Origin: Squalus acanthias
Taxonomy: Eukaryota
Assembly (NCBI GenBank): GCA_030390025.1
Contig: CM059432.1
Coordinates: 122,204,001 to 122,268,000 of the forward strand
Direction: 5' to 3'
Length of the DNA stretch: 64,000 bases
Below, piece by piece: positions 1 to 13,604 of the stretch. A program made the position numbers and the translations under genes. Each line of letters begins with the position of its first letter. Within the stretch, counting starts at the first letter, position 1. The notes beneath the pieces were generated by a model. That model worked only from the letters and a program-made list of their open reading frames with translations, did not search any database and was not told the origin of the DNA.

Positions 1-246
1 TGTCCTGTGATGGCGCACCCTCAGCAGGTATGAGCTCCTCTGAGGAGTCCTTGTCCTCTCCGGGCAGGGTCTCCAGTTCTTTGCATGATGGCCCTTGAAA
101 AGGGAACAGACAGATAAGATTTAGTCATGTAACTTTACAAATGTTGAAATGCACTTGATTAAAGTGATCACACTTGATAAAGTGCTGAAGTCAACTAAAG
201 ATAACTTTGTCTTGTAGAGATGTGGGTCTGAGAGATTAATGCAGTC

Positions 247-1159
247 ACCCTGTTCCAATGCCTCAATCTCGCCATCTCATATGCTCAGGGAGTCAGATAT
301 GCCGCTACTGTCCAAGGCTTCACCCTCCACTGGCTAAAGCTCCACAATCTGAGGGGGTCAGCCTCCAGTCCTAGCCCACTCCCTGGCATTCTGCGCTCTC
401 TTTTACTGCAAGGGTAGCATGACAAACCTATGAGTGGCTCTGAGGCATGTGTGCATCCGATGGACGCACTTCATTCAGTGAGGGTGCCAATCAGATAGAT
501 ACATCACGAGTGGCACTGGCATGCATTTGAGGAATGCGTTGATGGTACCATTTCACGACGTGCCGCTGAAAATTGAGGAGCAGAATGAGCTGGTATTAGT
601 TTACATGAGGATTGGGGTGACTGGCAGTGGTGGATGGAGGAAGGGGGAGGTGAGGATGTGTGGGGAGTGAGGATGCGAGAATGTGTAAACAGAACAATAG
701 GTGTTGAAGAAGGTGCAGTGGGTGTGATTTGGAGTGCTGTGAATGGAGTACGATTGACAAGACAGAGTGAGAGGGGGTGCAGTACAGGATTTAGCTGCAT
801 CTCTAATTTTCCTCACCTTTCCTGACCTGGTCAGGTCATTGAAATGTTTGCGGGTCAGGAACCACGGGCTGGATTTTGTCTTGGGGTCGGGTTGGGGTCG
901 TGTAATCCGCATTTCGTGTTTCCCCCCCCGACTCCAGATTAATGTGGATGCCTGATGCAGTTTTCACTTAATTGGGCAATTGAGTTGGAGCATGTGGGAA
1001 CCCATGAACTAATTAGTGTTTTCAGTCTGAAAGTCGCCTCTGATGATGTCATCATTGCTGACTGCCTAGTCTCAGAGACTGTTGGTGAGAGAGGACCTGC
1101 GTGGCTTGCTTTTGATGTGAGTGGACCTGGATGCAAAAATGGGGTGGGGTAGAGGAGAG

Positions 1160-1190
<31 letters not shown>

Positions 1191-1837
1191 ATTTTTTTGC
1201 CAAGCAAGTCCTCCCAGGCAGTCTCTGAAGACATTCAATGCAGCAGCATCAGAGGCGACGTTCAGACCTAATACTACTACTACTACCTTCATCACATCTC
1301 CGTTGTAATAGTGGACCTGCAGCCGATAGTCAGCTATCCACTTGTGCTCCCGCCAGGTTTCACTGGAGTGTTTCACACCAGGCGTGCTTCACGTCAGAAG
1401 AGGGTTAAACTAGCTACAGCGTTTCAAAATGGCATTACAGAGCCAATTTAGAGCTTGTTAAGGGCTTGAATGGCCTCTCCCGCCTCTTGAAGGCGGGACG
1501 GAGTTGGGAACCCCGCGACTGATTCTGTCAAAATTGCGTGGAGGCGGGATGGAGTCGGGATGGGGTCGGAAACCCCGACCCCGCAAATTTAACCCCCCAC
1601 ACGCCTCCAAACCCGACTCCATGGGTCATTGAAAATCCAGCCCCACGACTTCACAGTTACGCTGCTGCTGTTCACCTCCTGTGCCACCTCCAGGCAGGCC
1701 TTGTTTGTGGAGGCAGCAGGTTTCTTTTTTTCATTGCTGGGAAACAGGACCTCCCTCTTGGCCCTTACCGCACCCGGCAAAACATCCAGGGACAACTCAG
1801 TAAACCTGAGTGCAGCCTTCGCTCTCTTTCCAGCCAT
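247..1837 (-). pseudogene. Decayed Myb/SANT-like (MSANTD-type) gene of an old Harbinger element, split by a MITE
   Basis: Exon 1 (ATG at 1837) reads MAGKRAKAALRFTELSLDVLPGAVRAKREVLFP...VKS|WFLTRKHFNDLTRSGK and ends at a GTGAGG donor (exon end 817) once 866-1643 is removed. Exon 2 (~247-405) reads *KRAQNAREWARTGG, homologous to AKLAHNRRQQQRTGGG of the intact gene at 17428. Confidence 0.8.
866..1643. mobile_element. Harbinger-type MITE
   Basis: Perfect 12-bp TIR GGGCTGGATTTT / AAAATCCAGCCC. 3-bp TSD CAC (863-865, 1644-1646). Repeated subterminal GGGGTCGG/CCGACCCC motifs. Removing it restores the host Myb reading frame. Confidence 0.9.
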
Positions 1838-2139
1838 CTCAATGTTCACCTTCCAACCCACATTCTTCCAAGCTCCAAACCTCCTCCTACATTTCATCTC
1901 TGAACTGGGCCTTTAAATAGTTGAGGGGAAATCATGTCATGCGGGTCCGCATCATGCCCGCTCACACTCAGTGGTGACGCGGAACCCATGAGGAAAATGA
2001 TAATCAGGCAGCCCTGTTGAAATTGGCCATTCCTATCCACACTGTAAAGTTGCACGTTCGTTGCTCACTATTGCCACCCCGCCACCCCACCCCAGCTCTG
2101 TTCCCATCTCCACATTAATACCAGGGCCCATGAGTTGAG

Positions 2140-2707
2140 GCCGGGGCTATTTTAACTCCCAGGCCTCCTTTACATCCGGCTCTGCAGTTGTAATGAATGG
2201 AAAGTGACAGATAGCTAGGATCAGACTGGTTGAAATTGCCTGGCATGGAGGCCGCCAGCTGACTGGAAGGTAAATGGCGGGTTGAGGCGAGGTTTTGGCA
2301 GGGTCTCGCGGGTGGGAGGTGGTGGGGGTTGGGGGTGTGGAGCTCGGGGCAGCAGCGGTCAAGACTATCCTTCTGGGGCCCGGTGGTGCACCCATTCTCC
2401 TCTGGGCCCTACAAAGGAAAGTTTCACACTTACCTTTTGTAGCCTCTTTAGTTTTCAGAGCAGCTTTCACTGAGCGGGTGTCCCACTCAGAAGGCCATCG
2501 GGGTTTTATTGGCATAGTAAGATCCCAATTTGCATGCATGTATGATGCGGGTTACTCATCCGCTGCTGAGAACAGCAGAGTGAAGATCCCCATGGATCGA
2601 GTAACTGACCCACACCTTTTTAACTGCCCCTCCCCCCGCCTGGGTTTCTGCCAGGTGGGGGGAGGCGGGGGAGTTAAAATGTCCCCCCTTGTTAAAATAG
2701 TCCTGGC
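2140..2707. mobile_element. MITE-like non-autonomous DNA element
   Basis: 17-bp imperfect TIR GCCGGGGCTATTTTAAC / GTTAAAATAGTCCTGGC. TSD not clean. Confidence 0.6.
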
Positions 2708-3249
2708 AGGCTACTAGCAGCACAAAATGTGACAGAGGCTGCATGGTCCGAGGTGTCTCAGGGCACCCAGCTCTTGAACAGACCCTTCATATGGGGGCTG
2801 AAAAACTCAAAAATCAAAATCTTCAGGGTCCAGGCTTGCACCTTCAGGTGGGCCTTACCTTTACCCACAGGCAAGCTCTTCTTACAATGAATACCATCCT
2901 GCCGGTAGTTTTCCAGACGAGGACTTAGGAAACTCCCAATCTGACTGTCCCCTGTCCTTGGCCATGCCCGCTGTGATGTGGGTGGTCTTAGTTTGGATGG
3001 ACAAGGTGTCTTCCCCAAATAAGGTCCCACAAAAAAGAGATTTCCAGATCCCAGCCTAATTCTTGGCCCTTCTGCTGCATTCCTACCAGATTAATGCCAG
3101 GAATGTACCAAATGCTGCAGATCTTTGGTCCCACCATAACAGACAGCTTTCCTGCACTTAATGCAATGGGAACGATTCCTAACTTAATCATTTTGGTACC
3201 AGCCAGTGCTCTACTTACCTCTGATCTTAAGCGTCATAAAGATATCTCT

Positions 3250-3430
3250 ACACAACAACAACTTGTATTTATATTGTGCCTTTAACGTGGTAAAACGTCC
3301 CAAGGCGCTTCACAGGAGTATTAAAAGACAAAAAAATTGACACCGAGCCACATAAGGAGAAATTAGGGCAGGTGACCAAAAGCTTGGTCAAAGAGGTAGG
3401 TTTTAAGGAGCATCTTAAAGGAGGAAAGAG
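3250..3430 (-). repeat. L2 LINE 3'-end fragment
   Basis: ACAACAACTTGTATTTATAT...AAAACGTCCCAAGGCGCTTCACAGG...GTTTTAAGGAGCATCTTAAAGGAGG. The same sequence recurs at 6040-6110 and 7235-7330, continuous with L2 RT remnants. Confidence 0.65.
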
Positions 3431-4349
3431 AGTATCTGTGATACATATGCATTTGTGTCTCTCAGACTCACCCTGCTGCCCCATTCTATCCTTTAGAACA
3501 GCTGGTAGAGACAGGCTGAAAGCAGACATTTTGTACAAGTCTCGCCCTTCTGTGACAACATGAGTTTCTGCCTAAGTTATATCAGGAATTTTGAACAACA
3601 TTCCTCATCCAGGGCATCACAGGAGAGGGAGTTCTGCACAAAATGCATGTTCCCAGGCTGTCAGTGACTGGGAAATTAAATACATAAAATGGGGGTAGAA
3701 AGGAGACTGAACAACTGAATAAATGCAAGGAGTTACTTTATAACATTTGGGTAGAGGAGACAATAATATATTCTGCATACGTTTTGCCATTTCCTCCTGC
3801 ATTCTTGTAAACTGTGTTCTAATCCCATTATAAACATCTTTATTTTCCTTTGCGGCCATGTAGTCCATTCATTTAAGATAATCTTCTACTCTTTCAACTC
3901 AATTGGCTCCTAAAGTTTGTCTTTTTATGTAATACGCAGTAGTATGCTCCACACATTACTCTTCTTAAAGGAGAGTGCCTTAGCAGCAAATAGTTAGCGT
4001 GTGCAGTGTTTTCTGTCTTGCTATTATTTATTTATGTTACGAACAAGTTTTTGTTGTGCATTTTTGATGTATTTTTAACTTAGACTTTATTAAATGGGTT
4101 TCTCTTTGCTCTGGGTTTTACATACATTTTCTTCTTCATTAGCATTATAGCATGTGCTTATTGATCTTGAGCAGACTAACCTGATGCACAACCAACACCT
4201 ATCCTCCTGACATCACACTGAGTCAATATTGCATCAGTTACCTTATCCATCCATCTGCTCCACTGTGCAGCTGAGCTGCCAACCCTGAGTTCACATCCTG
4301 AACTCATTCTACCAGACAAGCTCGCTGGGCAACATCAGCATCAACTTCT

Positions 4350-4460
4350 GTTCTGACAAAAGGTTATCGACTTGAAACATTAACCCTATGTTTCTCTCTC
4401 CACAGATGCTGCCTAACTTGCTGGGTGTTTCCAGTATTTCTTTTGCTTTTATTTCAACTT
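4350..4460 (+). repeat. Short Penelope-like terminal repeat fragment (related copies at ~27003-27105 on the minus strand, ~35105-35230 and ~38385-38460)
   Basis: Recurrent motif TCGAC(C/T)TGAAAC(A/G)TTAAC..TTTCTCTCTCCACAGATGCTGCC..ACTTGCTG..TTTCCAG. Family assignment is from recollection. Confidence 0.5.
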
Positions 4461-6109
4461 TTCTGTCATCTAGGTCAACTGCTCAGTAGAGGGCTAGGAA
4501 TTTACCGCGCACACATAATTATGTTTTATGATCACGTGTACATGTATGTTTTAAGCTAGACACTGTTATGCACTGCCTCACTGTCTGGTGAATCATTGTG
4601 ACTCTTACATGTTTGTCTTGAAAATTAGAGATTGATATTCAAATGGAATGGACTCTCAGGTTCTTTAGAATGCATTCACTTTAAATTCACCTCACTCTAT
4701 TTTAACCAAGATGTTAAGCACATTAAAATAAATGAATTATTTCCTCTAATTTCTTCTTTCTTAATAAAATCGAGGAGAGAGAAATTTGATACGAGATCAT
4801 TAACCATTTGTATGACAACATCGTTCACAGTAATTTTGTGGCTATATCTTTCAAGCTGACATTGAGTTTCAATCCCAGGTTTAAAATGGAGATCCCCTTC
4901 AGCAACAGAAAAGAACTTGAATTCCGATTAATTTGAAATGTGCTGACAATCTGAGTTTGTGTCCAGCTGTTACACAAATGAAATTGCCAGATAGAGTCGC
5001 TTGTGGGTGGAAAATATGTGTCATCCTATATTATTTCAGATGTCTTAATAACTCCATTTTGCCTGAATTATTCATTATTACCAATCGATAGTATACTACT
5101 TTGTGTATAAGAAGCTCCTGGAAAAATTACATTTTAAATCCAGAGCTTTTTTTTTGAGGTATTAAAATGGAAAGCTTGCTGAATTATATTAGAGATTTTC
5201 ACTGCTTATTGCCGCTAGTTACAGTCCATCTACCTACTGCATTACACAGAAGAGATGATCTCTTTAACAAAAATAGGAAGAAAATTATTTCCAGTGGTAT
5301 CATGCATCAGACTAATTGGCAACCATTTTGTTTATGGGATCTTTAGCTACTGTAGGAGCTAGGTGCTGCACTTTAAATTATTATCTTATTAGGTGAGTGT
5401 GAGCAGGTTCAGGAATTCACGTGGGAGTGGAACACCCTATTTCATCTCTTGCATATAGCAATGGAGAAGGCGCAAACCAGATCTCACCTGAGGAACATTC
5501 AGGCTAAGGGGTATCAATTTGTCTTGGCCGGCAGAGCAAAAATGAGCGATAGCGAATCGCCAGCCTTCCTTACGCTACACCTGATTATCCTTTCCATCAA
5601 AGTCAGTGGAAAACGAAAGCGGATGGGCTGCAAAAACAGGCCGCTGATTCGTTATCGCCCGCTTTGCGCTACCGCTCAAGGTGAATTCATATTCGCATAA
5701 ATATCCTCCCCCCCAAAATCATAGTGAGTGGAAAATCAAGCCCAATTTGGCAGACAGGGTGTTAATAAGGATTATCAGATTTGAGAACAATTTGAGGCTG
5801 ACTTCCCTGTACTTTGCACCCAGGAACATTTATTTCTTGGAAGGAAAGCAGGAGAAAAAGAAATGGAGGCCCTTGACAGTGGGTCTCCATTACCTTTTGC
5901 ATTTCCCAGGCCTTTCATGCAAATGAGGTGGGAGCAAATGAATGCCTCCTGATTCATTTTCCTCCGTCTACGCCAGGTGGATTTCCATTTGGAAGCCTGT
6001 CCACAATTATTGGCCCATAGACCTTCTGTCAACAACAACATAACAATAACAACTTGCATTTGTATCACACTTTTAACTTAGTAAAATGTCCCAAGGCGCT
6101 TCACAGGAG

Positions 6110-7232
6110 CATTGTAAGAGACTGTTAACTAAGGTAGAAGCCCACGGAATTGAGGGCAAATTATTGACCTGGATAGGAAATTGGCTGAGCGGCAGGAGAC
6201 AGGCAGTAGGGATAATGGGTAGGTACTCAAATTGGCAGGATGTGACTAGTGGAGTCCCGCAGGGATCTGTGTTGGGGGCCTCAACTATTCACTGTATTTA
6301 TTAGTGACTTATATGATGGCATAGAAAGTCATATATCCAAATTTGCCAATGACACAAAGATAGGCAGTGTAGAAAGCATAAAATTACAAAGAGATATTAA
6401 TAAATTAAGTGAATGGGCAAAACTGTGGCAAATGGATTTCAATTTAAGCAAACTTTGGACCTAAAAAGGATAGAACAGGATACCTTCTAAATGGTGAAAA
6501 GCTAAAAACAGTGGATGTCCAAAGAGACTTGGGGGTCCAGGTACGTAGATCATTAAAATGTCATGAACAGGTACAGAAAATAATCAAAAATGCTAATGGG
6601 ATGCTGGCCTTTATATCTAGAGGACTAGAATACAAGGGGGTAGAAGTTATGCTGCAGCTATACACAACCCTGGTGAGACCACACCTGGAGTACTGTGAGC
6701 AGTTCTGGGCACCACACCTTAGGAAGGATATATTGGCCTTGGAGGGAGTGCAGCGTAGGCTTACCAGAATGATACCTGGACTTCAAGGGTTAAGTTACGA
6801 GAAGAGATTACACAAATTAGGGTCGTATTCTCTAGAATTTAGAAGGTTAAGGGGTGATCTGATCGAAGTTTTCAAGATATTAAGAGGAACAGATAGGGTA
6901 GATCGAGAGAAACTATTTCTGCTGGTTGGGGATTCTAGGACTAGGGGGCAGAGTCTAAAAATTAGAGCCAGACCTTTCAGGGGTGAAATTAGGAAACACT
7001 TCTACACACAAAGGGTGGTAGAAGTTCCGAACTCTCTTCCACAAACAGCAATTGATGATAGATCAATTGTTAATTTTAAATCTGAGATTGATAGCTTTTT
7101 GTTAACCAAAGGTATCAAGGGATATGGGCCAAAGGTGGGTATATGGAGTTAGATCGCAGATCAGCCATGATCTCATTGAATGGCGGAGCAGGCTCGAGGG
7201 GCTGAATGGCCTCCTCCTGTTCCTATGTTCCT
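6110..7232 (+). mobile_element. 5'-truncated CR1 LINE (HER1-like)
   Basis: RT motifs GVPQGSVLG and SKFANDTK; C-terminal YTTLVRPHLEYCEQFWAP (ORF 6511-7152); 3' tail GATCAGCCATGATCTCATTGAATGGCGGAGCAGGCTCGAGGGGC...CCTATGTTCCTA. Confidence 0.92.
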
Positions 7233-9335
7233 AGAATTTAACACCGAGCCACATAAGGAGATATTACGACATGTGACAAAAATCTTGGTCAAAGAGGTAT
7301 GTTTTAAGGAGCGTCTTAAAGGAGGAGATGTAGAAATGCAGACAGGTTTAGGAAGGGAATTCTAGAGCTTAGGGTCTAGACAGCAGAATCTAGACCAATG
7401 GTGGTGCGAAGGAAATCGGGGACGCAAACAAGGCCAAAATTGGGGGAACGCAGAATTCTCCCTGGCAACAGTCTGAGGCTGAACCAGACCGTTCACAATC
7501 TTGGTGTTGTATTTGACACTGAGATGAGTTTCCGACCACATATCCGCACCATCACCAAGACTGCCGACTTCCATCTCCATAACATCGCCCGACCCCGCTT
7601 GCCTCAGCTCAGTTTTGGATGAGCTCAAGTTTACAGAGGGAGGAAGATGGGAGGCTAGCCAGGAGAGCATTGGAATAGTCAAGTCTGGACGTATCAAAAG
7701 CAAAAATGAGGGTTTCAACAGCAGATGGGCAGGGGCAGTTGGAGAGACGAGTGATCATACAGAGGTGGAAGTAGGCTGTCTTCGTGATGGAGAGGATATG
7801 GGGTCAGAAGCTCAGCTCAGGGTCAAATAGGCCGTCGTGGTTACGAACAGTCTGGTTCAGCCTGAGACAGTGGGTAGGGTGGAGGATGGAATCGATGGCC
7901 AGGGAACGGCATTCATGGTGGGGGCCGAAGACAATAGCTTCGGTCTTCCCAATATTTAATTGGAGGAAATTTCTACTCATCCATCAATGGATGTCGGACA
8001 AGCAGCGGACAAATCAAATGCAGTGGAGATGTCGAGAGAGGTGGTGGTGAGATAGAGCTGGGTGTCGGCAGTGTACATGTGGAATTTAACATTATGTTTT
8101 TGGATGATGTCACCGATGGGCAGCATGTAGATGAGAAATAGGTGGATAGGTCCTTGGGGAACTCCAGAGGTAACAATGCAGGAAGAGAAGCTATTGCAGA
8201 ACATTCTCTGGCTGTGATTGGATAGGAATGGAACCAGACAAGGGCAGTCCCACACAGCTGGACATTGGAAGAGAGGTGTTGGAGGAGGATGGTATGGTCA
8301 ACTGTGTCAAAAGCTGCAGACAAGTCAAGAAGGATGAGGAGAGATGAGGAGTTTACCACTATCACAGTCATGTCATTTGTGACTTTGATAATGCTGTGGC
8401 AGGGGCGGAAAGCTGATTGAAGAGATTCAAACATGGAGTTGCAGGAACTATGAGCATGGATATAGAAGGTGACAACACATTCAAGGGCTTTGGAGAGGAA
8501 AGGGAGGTTGGAGATGGGGCAGTAGTTTGCGAAGACAGAGGGGTCAAGGGTGTTTTTCTTTTGAGGAGAGGGGTGTTGATGGCAGTTTTGAAATAGATGG
8601 GGACAGTACCAGAGGAAAGGAAACCGTTAACAATATCAGCTAGCATGGGAGCCAGAAAGGGAAGTTGGGTGGTCAGCAGTTTCATGGGAATAGGGTTGAG
8701 AGAGCTGGAGGTGGGTCTCATGGACAAGGTGAGATCAGGGATGGCATGAGGGGAGATCGGAGAGAAACTAGAGAAAGATGTAAGTTTGGCTTGGTGGGCT
8801 AGGGATAGGAGGGGTGTGGCAGAGGCAGCTGAATGGATGGTCTCAATCTTTCGGAAAAAGAAGTCCATTAGCTTGTTGTTGAAGGTGAGGGTGGAGGTGG
8901 CAGGAGAGCGCGGTTTAAGAAGACGGTTGATAGTGGAGAAGAGGCCGGGAGTTGGCTTTGCATTCCAGGATGATAAGGAATAGTGAGCAGTTTTGGCAGA
9001 GGAGAGCAGGGCCCAATAGTGCTTTATGTGGTCCAGCCAGATCTGCCGATGAATGGCTAAACCAATTGTCCGCCATATCCGTTCAAATCTGTGTCCCTTG
9101 GATTTAAGGGTGGTCGTACTGGGGGATTGACCAGGGTGGGATAGAGTAAGGGTTTTACTGGGGACAAGGGCATCAAAGGTGAAGGCGAGGGTGTGATTGA
9201 GCAGATGGGTAGCTGTAGAAGTATCGTGGTGAATGAAGGGCCAAAGGCTGTTGTAAGTGACTTGGGGAGAGTTTTTTCCAGGGTGGATGTAGAAAGCAGT
9301 GGAAATGTCCAGCCCTACTCAGATGAGAAGACCTT
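7233..9335 (-). mobile_element. Decayed L2 LINE, with a short opposite-strand L2 piece at ~7455-7610
   Basis: ESLQSAFRPCHS, LLILLDLSAAFDTVDHTILL, GVPQG, FHMYTADTQLYL and SSSLNPIPMKLL are typical L2 ORF2 motifs, in broken frames. Confidence 0.85.
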
Positions 9336-10675
9336 AAATGGGTAGTCGGAAAGGACATGAAGGGCCCAAACGGGTAAGTGACTTCCTTATGCAGCTGCTG
9401 CGCTGGATCATTGGTGAGGGTTCGTACAGCAGCCAGGAGGCCCAGGAGGCCCAGGAGGAGGCCCAGCAACAAGCGGCCATTATTACTATCGCAGGTCTCT
9501 TAGGCAGTTGACTTTCCTCCCCCACTTCCAGGTACAAGGCCCTGCCAGGGTGTAGGCCTGCATCGGCCGGAAGCCCTGGCCTATTAAAATGGCCAAACAT
9601 TGGAAACACGGGTGGGTTCAGACCAATGTTCCCTGTAATTATTTTGGCGCTGCCCCACTCAAAATACTGCACAAGCGCAGTTTTGGCACTGAAAAGCCGG
9701 CAAGCCTGCTGCCCGGGTTCCCTGGAGCCTTGTGCGGCCACGCAGCTCAAAAGGAACATTGGTTCAGTCCCTGTCAGGCGAATTGCACTTTGGATGCGTT
9801 CTGCCCTACGAGCACCCAGGAGGAGGCAGGAGGAAAATCAGCCCATATTGTTTTTGAAGAAATAAAAATTTGAATTTGAGTTTGCAGTTTGAAAAACAAG
9901 TCTGAAGAGGCCTAACTCCTTTCTGAAACATCAGCGGGATCCTCCTATGCAGCCTATGTTCTGTGCTGTCTTCTTTGCTGTTGTGAGGATTTGTGGGTTT
10001 ACCGAACTCTAGAATTATGCTTCAAACCTACATCGTTTGTTTCTCTGAGGAATATTGTTTCCCCTTTTGGTATCTCAGGGGAGTTTTGTGAATTGGTTTA
10101 TTCTTGAAGGAGATGAAAGTATTCCTCAGTAACTATAGGTGTAAAGAAATGCAATATTTATGAGCAACATGCTTTTTTATTGCATGTCGTTGGGCATTAT
10201 GTCACATTACAAAAACCTGCCACAAAATATTTTCTTCCTACGCTGTGAAATGGTTATATATAATGGTCCTTATAAAATTAAGTCCAGAATGGAAGCAGTC
10301 TTTAAACAATGACAGGCGCCGCCACTTGATTGACTGCAAGCTTCACAGTATGTGAGAGAGTATTAAAAACAATATTATATTATGCACGCGTTCATTTGGA
10401 GTTTCTCTGATTCCTTTCCTCTTGATCCTGCTGTACAGGAACTACTAAAGTGAGGTCAATTCATGTCAGGTTTAATATCATAATGCAAACAGCGGATAAA
10501 TCAATGGGAAGCAAGAGGTTACTGAAAAATAAACCACTGCGTGGCACTGGACCAGCAGCTGAGTGGAGCTGTATATCCCTGATGCCACAGCTGGTTTACC
10601 TTTCATTTATCCACTGCCAAGTTTCAACCACACTTTTTGGAGGAATCAGCCAGCAGTTTATAAGAAGTATTTTTA

Positions 10676-13222
10676 TATCCTACTGATTACCACCGACCGC
10701 CCTCCCTCAGCTGATGAATCAGTAATCCTCCATGTTGAACACCACTTGGAAGAAGCACTGAGAGTAGCAAGGGCACAGAATGTACTCTGGGTGGGGGACT
10801 TCAATGTCCATCACCAAGAGTGGTTCGGTAGCACCACTACTGACCGAGCTGGCCGAGTCCTGAAGGATATACCTGCCAGTCTAGGCCTGCGACAGGTGGT
10901 GAGAGAACCAACATGAGGGAAAAACCTACTTGACCTCATCCTCACCAGTATTGGTAGCAGTGATCACCGTACAGTCATTGTGGAGACGAAGTCCCGTCTT
11001 CACACTGAGAAATCCCTCCATCATGTTGTGTGGCACTACCACCGTGCTAAATGGGATAGATTCAGAACAGATCCAGCAGCTTAAAACTGGGCATTCATGA
11101 GGCGCTGTGGGCCATCAGCAGCAGCAGAATTGTATTCCACCACAATCTGTAACCTCATGGCCTGGCATACCCCTCACTCTACCATTACCATCAAGCCAGG
11201 GGACGAAGCCTGGTTCAATGAGGTGTGCAGAAGAACATGCCAGGAGCAGCACCAGGCATACCTAAAATTGAGGTGCCAACCTGGGGAAGCTGCAACACTA
11301 GACTACATGCATGCTAAAAAGTGGAAGCAGCATGCTATAGAGAGGGCTAAACGATCTCACAATCAATGGATCAGATCAAAGCTCTGCAGTCCTGCCACAT
11401 CCAGTCGTGAATGGTGGTGGACCATTACAGAAATAACAGGAGGAGGAGGCTCCATGAATATCCCCATCCTCAATGATGGTGGAGCCCAGCATGTGAGTTC
11501 AAATGACAAGGCTGAAGCATTTGCAACCATCTTCAGCCAGAAGTGCCGAGTGGATGATCCATATTGGCCTCCTTCTGAGGTCCCCACCATCACAGAAGCC
11601 AGTCCTCAGCCAATTTGATTCACTCCATGTGATATCAAGAAACAGCTGAGCACACTGGATACAGCAAAGGCTATGGGCCCCGACAACATCCCGGTTGTCA
11701 TGCTGAAGACTTGTGCTCCAGAACTAGTCGCGCCTCCAGCCAAGCTGTTCCAGTACAGTTACAACACTGGCATCTATCCGACAAAGTGGAAAACTGCCCA
11801 GGTGTGTCCTGTCCACAAAAAGCAGGACAAATCCAATCCGGACAATTACCGCCCCATCAGTCTGCGCTCAATCATCAGCAAAGTGATAGAAGGAGTCATT
11901 GACAGTGCTATCAAGTGGCAGTTATTAACCAATAACATGCTCATTGATGCCTTGTTTGGGTTCCACCAAGACCACTCGGCTCCCGACCTCATTACAGCCT
12001 TGGTCCAAACATGAACAAAGGAGCTGAATTCCAGATGTGAGGTGAGAGTGATGGTCCTTGACATCAAGGCAGCATTTGACCGAGTGTGGCATCAAGGAGC
12101 CCTAGTAAAACTGAAGTCAATGTGAATCGGGGGGAAAACTCTGCACTGGCTGGAGTCATACCTAGCACAAAGGAAGATGGTTGCGGTGGTTGAAGGTCAA
12201 TTATCACAGCCACAGGACATCGCTGCAGGAGTTCCTCAGGGCAGTGTCCTAGGCCCAACCATCTTCAGCTGCTTCATCAATGATCTTCCCTCCAACATAA
12301 GGTCAGAAATGGGGATATTCGCTGATGACTGCACAGTGTTCAGTGCCATTCACAACTCCTCAGATAATGAAGCAGTCCATGCCCGCATGCAACAAGACCT
12401 GGACGACGTTCAGTCTTGAGCTGATAAGTGGCAGGCAACATTCGCGCCACAAAAGTGCCAGGCAATTACTATCTCCAGCAAGCGAGCGTCTAACCACCGC
12501 CCCTTGACATTCAATGGCATTACCATCGCCGAATCCCCCACCATCAATATCCTGGGGGTCACCATTGACCAGAAAAGGAACTGGCCCAGCCACATAAATA
12601 CTGTGGCAACAAGAGCAGGTCAGAGGCTAGTTATTCTGTGGCGAGTGTTTCACCTCCTGACTCCCCAAAGCCTTTCCACCATCTACAAGGCACAAGTATG
12701 GAGTGTGATGGAATACTCTCCACTTGCTTGGATGAGTGCAGCTCCAACAACACTCAAGAATCTTGACACCATCCAAGACAAAGCAGCCCGCTTGATTGGC
12801 ACCCCATCCACCACCTTAAACATTCACTCCCTCCACTATCGGCGTACCGTGGCTACAGTGTGTACCATCTACATAATGCACTGCAGCAACTCGCCAAGGC
12901 TTCTTCGGCAGCACCTCCCAAACCCGCGACCTCTTCCACCTAGAAGGTCAAGGGCAGCAGGCACATGGGAACACCACCACCTCCAAGTTCCCCTCCAAAT
13001 CACACACCATCCTGATTTAGAAGTATATCGCCGTTACTTCATTGTCGCTGGATCAAAATCCTGGAACTCCCTCCCTAACAGCACTGTGGGAGTACCTTCA
13101 CCACACGGACTGCAGCAGTTCAAGAAGTCGGTTCACCACCACCTTCTCAAGGGCAATTAGGGATGGGCAATAAATGCCGGCCTTGCCAGCGATGCCCACA
13201 TCCCATGAACTAATAAAAAAAA
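10676..13222 (+). mobile_element. 5'-truncated non-LTR retrotransposon, CR1-group 'family B' (APE-RT ORF2, multiple stops)
   Basis: WVGDFNVHHQEW (endonuclease), GPDNIP...NYRPISL, GVPQGSVLGP, FADDCT, YKAQV..MEYSPLAW; 3' end GGGCAATAAATGCCGGCCTTGCCAGCGATGCCCACATCCC followed by an A-rich tail. Confidence 0.9.
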
Positions 13223-13604
13223 TATTGATTGAGATTGATAAAATTCAGATAGCCCAAAGCCAAATTTAGGTTAAAAAAGCAGGGAGAGTTTTAGCTCAAA
13301 AATACAATAATTTAGAAATGAATACCTTGCAGGTACCATTTTTGTCCTAACTAGCTCATATGTTCGTAACTGCCAACATAGCAAGTCCCAGATCGGCCTG
13401 GTAACACGCTAACTGCCAATGTAACGCCATGCAATCACAGAGAGGGTGTCATTTTGGTTTCCCCTAGTACTACCAGGAGTGATATGATTGGACCTGTGAA
13501 GTAACGTGGTATAAACAAGCGAATGGTAAGATATCTGAAAGAATAGAAAGAAGAAAGAAAGTCTTGCATTTATATAGCGCCTTTAACGACCACCGGCCGT
13601 CCCA

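Noticed and set aside
4350..4382. Hammerhead ribozyme in the Penelope-like fragments (also ~27075-27105 and ~35105-35125)
   Set aside because: The GAAA half is present but the CUGANGA core is mutated or missing in every copy; at most these are relics.
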